Part shown: positions 21,043-29,025 of the stretch, one piece after another
How positions within the stretch are numbered: the stretch's first letter is position 1
Layout of the letters: each line of letters begins with the position of its first letter
Assembly (NCBI RefSeq): GCF_000621645.1
Contig: NZ_JHXR01000021.1
Location: forward strand, 30,001 to 62,000
Direction: 5' to 3'
Length of the DNA stretch: 32,000 nucleotides
Origin: Vibrio cholerae ATCC 14035
Lineage (GTDB): Bacteria; Pseudomonadota; Gammaproteobacteria; Enterobacterales; Vibrionaceae
The notes under the pieces: model-generated
Told to the model about the DNA's origin: nothing
The model's database searches: none
Seen by the model: only the letters and a program-made list of their open reading frames with translations
Translations under genes and position numbers: made by a program

Positions 21043-21138
21043 TTAACAAATCGATGAGGGGAAAAACAGTGAAGCCAGTAAGCTAATTTGCTTACTACGA
21101 TGGACACTGCTTTGAGCTGCACTCTGTGCAAATTTCAT
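21043..21138 (-). CDS. pyrL: Candidate pyrBI leader peptide (31 aa: [31 protein letters not shown])
   Basis: The ATG at 21138 is preceded by GAGGGG with 6-nt spacing. The TAA stop (21045-21043) directly abuts the 5' arm of the attenuator stem. The last codons lie in a T-rich tract. It is too short for the supplied ORF track. Confidence 0.55.
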   Translation of the reverse strand: MKFAQSAAQSSVHRSKQISLLASLFFPSSIC

Positions 21139-21165
21139 TGGCTACCCCTCAGACAAACGCTCGGC

Positions 21166-21193
21166 ATTATACGCCGAAAGGCTGTGAGCGCAA
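21166..21193 (-). promoter_or_regulatory. Candidate sigma-70 promoter of the pyrL-pyrBI operon
   Basis: The minus strand reads TTGCGC (21193-21188), 16 bp, TATAAT (21171-21166). This is about 28 nt upstream of the leader ATG. Confidence 0.45.
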
Positions 21194-21235
21194 GCGATTA
21201 CATCACAGAGTCAGGGATATTAAATCAGTGGCACG

Positions 21236-22240
21236 CTATTGGCCTAAAGTGGCGACCATCACCGCCTTGATGGTGTGCAGTCGGTTTTCCGCTTCATCAA
21301 ACACAATCGAGTATTCTGACTCAAACACCTCTTCGGTGACTTCCAATCCTTGCATGCCGTATTTGGCCGCAATCTCTTGGCCCACTTTGGTTTGGTCATC
21401 ATGGAATGCCGGTAAGCAGTGCATGAATTTGACCTGTGGATTGCCTGTTGCTTTGATGACATCCATGTTGACTTGATATGGCTTCATTAACGCCACCCGC
21501 TCATCCCACGCATCCGCCGCTTCGCCCATCGAAACCCATACATCGGTGTAAAGGAAATCACAGCCTTTTACGCCTTCTTGAACCTCTTCGGTCAAAGTGA
21601 TTTTGGCTCCAGTTTGCTTGGCAATCTCTTGGCAGGTTGCCACTAAGGCATCGTTTGGCCAGTACGCTTTCGGCGCGACTAAGCGAATATCCATGCCCAT
21701 TTTGGCTGCGCCCACCATCAGGGAATTGCCCATGTTGTTGCGTGCATCGCCAAGGTAAGCAAACTTCATTTCATGCAATTGTTTACCGCGTCCGTGCTCT
21801 TGCATAGTGAGAAGGTCGGCCAAGATCTGCGTGGGGTGAAACTCATCCGTTAAGCCATTCCACACTGGCACCCCCGCGTATTGTCCGAGCACCTCAACAA
21901 TCTCTTGGCCGAAGCCACGGTATTGAATGCCATCGTACATGCGGCCTAGAACACGTGCGGTATCTTTCATCGACTCTTTATGGCCAATTTGCGAGCCAGA
22001 AGGGCCGATGTAAGAAACTTGTGCACCTTGATCAAACGCCGCCACTTCAAAGGCACAGCGAGTACGGGTCGATGACTTTTCAAAGATCAACGCAATGTTT
22101 TTGCCTTGCAGGGTTTTCTGCTCGGTGCCTGCGTATTTGGCGCGTTTTAGCTCGGCAGACAGATCCAGCAGGAAGTGGATCTCTTTTGGGGTGAAGTCGA
22201 GCAGTTTTAAAAAGTTGCGGTTACGTAAATTGAAAGCCAT
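21236..22240 (-). CDS. argF: Ornithine carbamoyltransferase
   Basis: 334 aa, very similar to E. coli ArgI/ArgF along the full length. Motifs [21 protein letters not shown] and the C-terminus [13 protein letters not shown] are present. Confidence 0.95.
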   Translation of the reverse strand: MAFNLRNRNFLKLLDFTPKEIHFLLDLSAELKRAKYAGTEQKTLQGKNIALIFEKSSTRTRCAFEVAAFDQGAQVSYIGPSGSQIGHKESMKDTARVLGRMYDGIQYRGFGQEIVEVLGQYAGVPVWNGLTDEFHPTQILADLLTMQEHGRGKQLHEMKFAYLGDARNNMGNSLMVGAAKMGMDIRLVAPKAYWPNDALVATCQEIAKQTGAKITLTEEVQEGVKGCDFLYTDVWVSMGEAADAWDERVALMKPYQVNMDVIKATGNPQVKFMHCLPAFHDDQTKVGQEIAAKYGMQGLEVTEEVFESEYSIVFDEAENRLHTIKAVMVATLGQ

Positions 22241-22278
22241 TTCCCTATCCTCGTTTGGCGATTCCAGTTGCGGCTAGT

Positions 22279-22317
22279 AAAGCATGAAAATGCTATAAAA
22301 GTGAATAAATATTTTAA
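22279..22317 (-). promoter_or_regulatory. Putative ArgR operator (two ARG-box-like 18-mers spaced by 3 bp)
   Basis: On the minus strand, TTAAAATATTTATTCACT (22317-22300) has a perfect ATTCA half and a degenerate TGAAT half. After a 3-bp spacer comes ATAGCATTTTCATGCTTT (22296-22279), a 5-4-5 palindrome with the same geometry. Both are compared with consensus WNTGAATWWWWATTCANW. They lie 40-75 nt upstream of the argF ATG. Confidence 0.4.
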
Positions 22318-22356
22318 ATTAAATAAAGAAAAGGCAAGGGAGGATAGATTTTGTGA

Positions 22357-22381
22357 GGCGAGATGCACATAACATCTCGCC
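22357..22381 (-). terminator. Stem-loop just downstream of the PIN-PhoH stop codon (possible terminator or 3' stabiliser)
   Basis: Perfect 9-bp stem GGCGAGATG / CATCTCGCC with a 7-nt loop, extendable by TTTTG/CAAAA across a 3-nt bulge. No U-tract follows it on the minus strand, so its terminator function is uncertain. Confidence 0.4.
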
Positions 22382-22389
22382 AAAAGTGA

Positions 22390-23766
22390 TTATAAATTCT
22401 CTTCGGCGAATTCAGCCAAACGGCTGCGTACTACGCCATTGAGGTGGATGTTGGCGCTGCCTTCAAAGTTTTTGAAGCGCTCAACCATGTAGGTAAGGCC
22501 TGAGGTGACAGGGGTTAAATAGTGAGAGTCAATCTGCGCTAAGTTACCTGAGCAGACAATCTTGGTGCCTTCACCACAGCGGGTGATGATGGTTTTGATC
22601 TGCGAGGCGGTGAGGTTTTGACACTCATCGAGCAGCACGAAGGCGTTTTGGATTGAACGACCACGCATAAAGTTGATCGATTTAAACTGAATGTTGGCTT
22701 TATCGCAGATGTATTTGAGCGAGCCATCGGTACAGTGATCATTTTTATGCAGCGCTTCTAAGGTATCGGTGACGGAAGCGAGCCACGGCATCATCTTTTC
22801 CTCTTCCGTGCCGGGCAGGAAACCAATTGATTCGCCGATATCAGGGGTGTTGCGAGTAACGATGATTTTATCGAACATTTTGCGCTCGACGGTTTGCTCC
22901 AGTGCTGCCGCCATCGCCAGTAAGGTTTTACCACTGCCCGCCGCACCGGTCAGGATCACCAGATCGATATCCGGATCGAGCAGTGCGTCCAGCGCCATCC
23001 CTTGGTAGATATTTTTTGGGGTGATGCCCCACGCTTTGCGATGCATCATGCGTTCACGGCTCAGATCGCGCAGCGTCAATTTATCGCCATCGATGGTTTC
23101 GACCCGCGCGGCAAAGTCGCTGTCTTCATCAATGACATATTGGTTGAGGAAGGTTGGATCGAATGGTGCACGATCCAGCTTATGGAAGGTTTTGCCACCG
23201 AGCGTGTAGCTCGCGACATCTTCCACGCTGTCCCAAAAACTACCGGGACGAGTTTGAAAGCCCTTGGTCAGATATTGAATATCATCAATCAGTTGGTCGG
23301 TGCGGTAGTCTTCCACATACAACACGCCTGCACCTTTGGCGCGCAAACGCATGTTGATGTCTTTAGTCACCAGCACCACGGCGCGTGGTGTACGCTGAGC
23401 TTGCAGGTAAAGCACGGCATTGAGGATCCGGTTATCGCCCTCTTTGTCGGTAAAGGCTTTGACGGTTTCATCCAGTTCATAATCGGCGAGGATCGAGATG
23501 GTTCCTGTTGCGCCCTCTTGCTTAGAAAGCGGGATCCCTTCGGTGATTTCTTCGGGAGTGGCATCGTGGAATAAGTGTTCCAAAGCCCGAATCGCTACGC
23601 GTGCATCGCGCGCCACATCGCGTTTGCTGTCTTTGATTCGGTCAAGTTCTTCAAGAACGGTCATTGGGATGACCACGTCGTGCTCTTTAAAAGAGTAAAT
23701 CGCGAGAGGTTCGTGGAGTAGGATATTGGTATCCAGTACAAACAGTTTCCGATCGGTATCGCCCAT
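22390..23766 (-). CDS. PIN-domain / PhoH-like ATPase fusion protein (PhoH2 type)
   Basis: N-terminal PIN signature (KLFVLDTNILLHEP, later acidic residues) and a C-terminal PhoH domain. The PhoH domain has Walker A GAAGSGKT and Walker B VLLDECQN. AAGGAG lies 6 nt upstream of the ATG. Confidence 0.9.
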   Translation of the reverse strand: MGDTDRKLFVLDTNILLHEPLAIYSFKEHDVVIPMTVLEELDRIKDSKRDVARDARVAIRALEHLFHDATPEEITEGIPLSKQEGATGTISILADYELDETVKAFTDKEGDNRILNAVLYLQAQRTPRAVVLVTKDINMRLRAKGAGVLYVEDYRTDQLIDDIQYLTKGFQTRPGSFWDSVEDVASYTLGGKTFHKLDRAPFDPTFLNQYVIDEDSDFAARVETIDGDKLTLRDLSRERMMHRKAWGITPKNIYQGMALDALLDPDIDLVILTGAAGSGKTLLAMAAALEQTVERKMFDKIIVTRNTPDIGESIGFLPGTEEEKMMPWLASVTDTLEALHKNDHCTDGSLKYICDKANIQFKSINFMRGRSIQNAFVLLDECQNLTASQIKTIITRCGEGTKIVCSGNLAQIDSHYLTPVTSGLTYMVERFKNFEGSANIHLNGVVRSRLAEFAEENL

Positions 23767-23900
23767 AAGCGGCTCCTTGCTACATGTAGCATGCTTTATC
23801 GTGGATGTTCACAAGCGGCCTGTAGGATCGTACGTTCAGGTGAGCGTTACGATCATTGTCGACTTGCTGCAAACCCGTGTTGATACTCTCTGTTTGAACT

Positions 23901-23916
23901 TGCAGGCTTTGTGCCA
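23901..23916 (-). promoter_or_regulatory. Candidate sigma-54 (-24/-12) promoter facing the PIN-PhoH gene
   Basis: The minus strand reads TGGCAC-AAAGC-CTGCA, against consensus TGGCAC-N5-TTGCA with exact GG-N10-GC spacing. It is intergenic, correctly oriented, and about 135 nt upstream of the ATG at 23766. Confidence 0.45.
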
Positions 23917-24187
23917 ATCTTTTTTTGACACAAACACCGCGCCTTCAACCTGAGTATAGCAATCATCTTGTTAACAAATGCCACTCATTTTTGACAATTT
24001 GATGTCACCCAAAAGCTGTAGAAAAAAAAGCGCGTAACGGCGGGGAATGGGCGTGACCTGTATCACGCCATCAAGTAAGATTAGCGGCCTTTTTCTGCAC
24101 TCAAAGCGGTCAGCATCCATAATAAAAAGCTGGCTGAAGTGAAGTGTAAAAATTCTCTGCAACGCTATTTGATGAGGTAGTCCATTC

Positions 24188-27097
24188 ATGTCATTTGCTT
24201 TAGGGCAACGCTGGATAAGCGATACGGAAAGTGATCTCGGGTTAGGTACTGTGGTGGCGCTTGATGCGCGTACAGTGACCTTGATGTTTGCAGCATCGGA
24301 AGAAAATCGTGTGTATGCACGTTCAGATGCGCCGGTCACCCGTGTGATCTTTAATGTCGGCGATGTGGTGGATAGTCAGCAAGGCTGGTCGTTACAAGTT
24401 GAACAAGTGGTGGAAGACCAAGGCGTCTACACCTATCTAGGCACCCGAGTGGATACCGAAGAAAGCGGTGTCGCGCTGCGTGAAATTTTCCTCAGTAACC
24501 AAATTCGTTTTAATAAACCGCAGGACAAGTTGTTTGCCGGTCAAATCGATCGCATGGACAACTTCGTGCTGCGTTATCGCGCTCTAGCCAATCAATATCA
24601 ACAGCACAAAAGCCCAATGCGTGGCTTGTGTGGTATGCGCGCTGGGCTGATCCCGCATCAGTTGTACATTGCCCATGAAGTCGGTCGCCGCCATGCGCCA
24701 CGCGTATTGTTAGCCGATGAAGTCGGTTTGGGTAAAACCATCGAAGCGGGCATGATCATCCATCAGCAAGTGCTGACCGGGCGTGCCGAGCGCATCCTGA
24801 TTGTGGTGCCTGAAACGCTGCAACACCAATGGTTGGTGGAGATGATGCGCCGTTTCAACCTGCACTTTTCGATTTTTGATGAAGAGCGCTGTGTGGAAGC
24901 CTTTAGCGAGGCCGATAACCCATTTGAAACTCAGCAGTATGTGCTGTGTTCACTCGATTTCTTGCGTAAAAGCCGCCAGCGTTTTGAACAAGCCTTGGAA
25001 GCGGAATGGGATTTATTGGTCGTCGATGAAGCTCACCATCTTGAGTGGCACCCAGAAAAGCCAAGCCGCGAATATCAAGTGATTGAAGCTCTGGCCGAAC
25101 AGACTCCGGGCGTACTGCTATTGACGGCAACGCCTGAGCAGTTAGGTCGTGAAAGCCACTTTGCTCGTCTGCGCCTGCTGGATGCAGATCGTTTCTACGA
25201 TTACGAAGCCTTTGTTAAAGAAGAAGAGCAATACGCACCCGTTGCCGATGCCGTTACTGCGCTGTTCAGCGGTGAGAAGCTGAGTGATGAAGCGAAAAAC
25301 AAAATCACTGAGCTATTGTCTGAGCAAGATGTGGAGCCGCTGTTTAAAGCGTTGGAAAGCCACGCCAGCGAGGACGAAATTGCTTTGGCGCGCCAAGAGC
25401 TGATCGACAATCTGATGGATCGCCACGGTACTGGGCGTGTGTTGTTCCGTAACACGCGTGCGGCAATCAAAGGCTTCCCAGTGCGTAATGTGCATTTGCT
25501 GCCATTGGAGATCCCTTCTCAATACACCACGTCAATGCGTGTTGCGGGCATGCTCGGCGGTAAACTGACGCCAGAAGCGCGCGCGATGAAAATGCTCTAC
25601 CCGGAAGAGATTTTCCAAGAGTTTGAAGGTGACGAATCAAGCTGGTGGCAATTTGACTCACGCGTTAACTGGTTGCTCGAAAAAGTCAAAGCCAAACGCA
25701 GCGAGAAGATCCTCGTCATCGCTTCACGTGCCAGCACCGCGTTGCAGCTAGAGCAGGCCTTGCGTGAACGTGAAGGCATTCGCGCAACGGTATTTCATGA
25801 AGGCATGTCGATTATTGAGCGTGACAAAGCCGCTGCTTACTTTGCCCAAGAAGAGGGCGGTGCGCAGGTGTTGATCTGTAGTGAAATCGGCTCCGAAGGT
25901 CGTAACTTCCAGTTTGCGAACCAATTGGTGATGTTTGATCTGCCGTTCAACCCAGACTTGCTGGAGCAGCGTATCGGGCGTTTGGACCGTATCGGCCAAA
26001 AGCGTGATATCGATGTGTACGTGCCGTATTTGACCGAAACGTCACAAGCGATTTTGGCGCGTTGGTTTCAAGAAGGTTTGAATGCCTTTGCGGAAACCTG
26101 TCCAACGGGTCGTGCGGTGTACGATGCCTTCGCTGAGCGTTTAATCCCAATTCTGGCCGCTGGTGGCGGTGAAGAGCTGGAAGTGATCATCGAAGAGTCA
26201 GCCAAGCTCAACAAAACACTGAAATCGCAGCTGGAAGTCGGGCGTGATCGCTTGTTGGAAATGCATTCTAACGGTGGCGAAAAAGCGCAGCAGATTGCCG
26301 AGCAGATCGCGAAAACCGATGGCGATACCAATCTGGTGACGTTTGCCTTGAGCCTGTTTGATGCGATTGGTCTGCATCAGGAAGATCGTGGCGAGAATGC
26401 TCTAGTGGTCACTCCTGCCGAACACATGATGGTGCCAAGCTATCCGGGCCTCCCTTATGAAGGCGCCACCATTACCTTTGATCGTGACACCGCACTGTCG
26501 CGTGAAGATATGCACTTCATCAGTTGGGAACACCCCATGGTGCAAGGTGGCATTGATTTACTGATGAGTGAAGGGGTGGGCACTTGCGCGGTGTCGCTGT
26601 TGAAAAACAAAGCACTGCCAGTGGGTACTATCTTGCTGGAGCTGGTGTATGTGGTGGATGCCCAAGCGCCGAAACGCAGTGGCATCAGCCGCTTCTTGCC
26701 TGTCTCGCCAATCCGAATTCTGATGGATGCGCGCGGTAATGATCTCTCTTCGCAAGTGGAGTTTGAAAGCTTTAACCGTCAGCTCAGCCCAGTGAATCGT
26801 CATTTGGCCAGCAAGCTGGTGAGTTCAGTACAGCATGACGTGCATCGTTTGATTACGGCAAGTGAAGCGGCGGTTGAACCGCGAGTGAGCGCGATTCGTG
26901 AACAAGCGCAGCGTGATATGCAGCAGAGCCTTAACAGCGAGTTGGAGCGTTTGCTGGCACTCAAAGCGGTTAACCCGAACATTCGTGATGAAGAGATCGA
27001 AGTGCTGGAGCAGCAAATCAAAGAGTTGACTGGCTATATTGCGCAGGCGCAGTATCAGCTGGATTCACTGCGTTTGATTGTGGTGGCACACAACTGA
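24188..27097 (+). CDS. rapA: RNA polymerase-associated SNF2 ATPase RapA (HepA)
   Basis: 969 aa. N-terminus [23 protein letters not shown], and helicase motifs [15 protein letters not shown] (I), VVDEAHHLE (II) and [11 protein letters not shown] (VI). Confidence 0.96.
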
Positions 27098-27103
27098 TGA
27101 CGT

Positions 27104-27133
27104 AGGCCCTCAAAACGAGGGCCTTGTTTTATT
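27104..27133 (+). terminator. Intrinsic terminator after rapA
   Basis: Stem AGGCCCTC (27104-11) pairs with GAGGGCCT (27117-24) around loop AAAAC, followed by TGTTTTATT. Confidence 0.85.
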
Positions 27134-27193
27134 CCCCGTTGGCGACATTTTGCGTATATAATGCGCCGTTTTTTGTGATACGAGACGATAGCG

Positions 27194-27931
27194 ATGGCAA
27201 TGACTGAGTACAATCCACCCAAGGAACCGTGGATTGATGTGATTTATGAGGATGAACACATCATCGCAGCCAACAAGCCTTCTGGTTTGTTATCTGTTCC
27301 TGGGCGACCTGTTGAGCACTACGACAGTATGTGGGCTCGTTTGGTGGATTACTGCCCTGATGTGAAGGTCGTCCACCGTTTGGATATGTCGACTTCTGGG
27401 CTGATCCTGTTTGCGAAAGGCAAACATATGGAATCGGCGTTGAAGAAGCAGTTCCAGTATCGTCTCACTCATAAAATCTACTATGCCCGCGTATGGGGTG
27501 TGATGGAGCAAGATGAAGGCGAAGTGAATTTGCCGCTGTGTTGTGATTGGCCAAACCGCCCGAAACAGAAAGTCTGTTTTGAAGAGGGACGTGATTCTCT
27601 GACCCGCTATCAAGTCGTAAAGAGAGAAGAGAAAACCACAGTCGTACGCCTTATCCCGATCACAGGACGCTCTCATCAGCTACGTGTGCACATGCAATCG
27701 CTCGGCCATCCGATTGTTGGTGATGATCTTTACGCTCCACAAGAAGCTGTCGAGTTTGCCGATCGTCTGCAACTGCACGCTGCGGAGCTCTGTTTCTACC
27801 ATCCACGTAGTCATTGGCTGCGCACTTTATTTGTCCCTTGTGACTTCTATCCCGAAGCCGAGGAGCAGATTTTGCAGCATTTCGATCCTGAGCGAAAATT
27901 ACCGGACTATAAAAAGCTATCCCAAGACTAA
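27194..27931 (+). CDS. rluA: 23S rRNA/tRNA pseudouridine synthase RluA
   Basis: YNPPKEPWIDVIYEDEHIIAANKPSGLLSVPGR parallels the E. coli RluA N-terminus. The catalytic Asp motif HRLDMSTSGL and the SHQLRVH motif are present. Confidence 0.92.
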   Translation: MAMTEYNPPKEPWIDVIYEDEHIIAANKPSGLLSVPGRPVEHYDSMWARLVDYCPDVKVVHRLDMSTSGLILFAKGKHMESALKKQFQYRLTHKIYYARVWGVMEQDEGEVNLPLCCDWPNRPKQKVCFEEGRDSLTRYQVVKREEKTTVVRLIPITGRSHQLRVHMQSLGHPIVGDDLYAPQEAVEFADRLQLHAAELCFYHPRSHWLRTLFVPCDFYPEAEEQILQHFDPERKLPDYKKLSQD

Positions 27932-27970
27932 TATTATTGTGGGTAGCGGATAATCAGACCCGGAGTCAGC

Positions 27971-28948
27971 ATGTCACTACCCACTACTTCTTTGCCTACG
28001 GTCGTTTTTCTCGACCGCGCGACCATTCCGCGCCATATCCCCTTACCTGCTCTGCCTTTTGAACACCATTGGGTTGAGTATGATGCTTGTGAGCCTCACC
28101 AAGTGGTTGAGCGCCTCTTAGCGGCCGATATCGTTATCACTAATAAGGTGGTACTCACCCGTGAAATGCTGGTTCAGTTGCCTAAGCTCAAGTTGATCGC
28201 CATTTCTGCCACGGGCACCAACAACGTCGATTTGCAGGCGTGTAGTGACCTGAATATCGCGGTGTGTAATGTGCAAGGCTATGCCACGCGCTCCGTACCA
28301 GAGCATGTGATCGCCATGATGTTTGCTCTAAGACGTAATCTTATCGGTTATCACAATGATATTGCGGCCGGAGAGTGGCAGCGCCATAAGCAGTTCTGTT
28401 TTTTCACGCATCCTATCGGCGATATTGCGGGCTCCACCATGGGCATTATCGGCAGTGGTGCATTAGGACAAGCGACGGCGAATTTAGCGCGCGCATTAGG
28501 TATGCATGTGCTGTTTGCTGAACGTAAAGGTCAGTTGGAATGCCGAGTAGGGTACACGTCATTTGAACAAGTGCTGGCGCAATCCGATGTGTTATCCCTG
28601 CACTGTCCGCTAATGGATGAAACGCGCAATATTATCTCGGAAGCGGAATTGGTGCAGATGAAGCCCAATGCTCTACTGATCAATACTGGGCGCGGTGGTT
28701 TAGTGGATGAACAGGCGCTGGTAGATGCGCTGAAAAGACGTCAAATTGCTGGGGCTGGGGTGGATGTGTTTAGTGTCGAGCCTGCGGATATGGATAACCC
28801 ACTGATTGCCAACCGTGATCTGCCCAATCTTCTGCTGACACCGCATGTGGCGTGGGGCAGTGATTCCTCGATACAACAACTCGCGACTATCTTGATCGAC
28901 AACATCAGTGCATTTATGCGTGGTGAAGCGAAAAATCGAGTCGTCTAG
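27971..28948 (+). CDS. D-isomer-specific 2-hydroxyacid dehydrogenase (glycerate/hydroxypyruvate reductase-like)
   Basis: NAD-binding GIIGSGALGQ, then LLINTGRGGLVDE (catalytic Arg) and TPHVAWGS (catalytic His). 325 aa. The substrate cannot be assigned from sequence. Confidence 0.85.
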   Translation: MSLPTTSLPTVVFLDRATIPRHIPLPALPFEHHWVEYDACEPHQVVERLLAADIVITNKVVLTREMLVQLPKLKLIAISATGTNNVDLQACSDLNIAVCNVQGYATRSVPEHVIAMMFALRRNLIGYHNDIAAGEWQRHKQFCFFTHPIGDIAGSTMGIIGSGALGQATANLARALGMHVLFAERKGQLECRVGYTSFEQVLAQSDVLSLHCPLMDETRNIISEAELVQMKPNALLINTGRGGLVDEQALVDALKRRQIAGAGVDVFSVEPADMDNPLIANRDLPNLLLTPHVAWGSDSSIQQLATILIDNISAFMRGEAKNRVV

Positions 28949-28969
28949 CGGCAACATCATCGCTAAAAC

Positions 28970-28998
28970 AAAAAGGCAGCGAAATCGCTGCCTTTTTT
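28970..28998. terminator. Bidirectional intrinsic terminator between the convergent dehydrogenase gene and valS
   Basis: Stem GGCAGCG (28975-81) pairs with CGCTGCC (28986-92) around loop AAAT. A5 lies upstream and T6 downstream. Confidence 0.88.
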
Positions 28999-29025
28999 AT
29001 CGACTTTTTGTATGGAATGCTTGGC

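Noticed and set aside
20943-21131. 62-aa ORF reading through the pyrBI attenuator into pyrB, considered as the leader peptide
   Set aside because: It starts at TTG without a Shine-Dalgarno and ends 43 nt inside pyrB. The ATG-initiated 31-codon ORF (21138..21043) has a good Shine-Dalgarno and a stop at the stem, so it is the better leader candidate.
23991-24008. Pho-box-like direct repeat TTGACAATTTGATGTCAC upstream of rapA and the PIN-PhoH gene
   Set aside because: It matches the CTGTCATAWAWCTGTCAY consensus only partially, and the first half is poor. No properly spaced -10 follows it. This is too weak to call PhoB regulation despite the PhoH-family neighbour.
23971-24339. 122-aa minus-strand ORF spanning the rapA start
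   Set aside because: It overlaps the conserved rapA N-terminus by about 150 nt in antisense. It has no ribosome-binding site and no recognisable domain.
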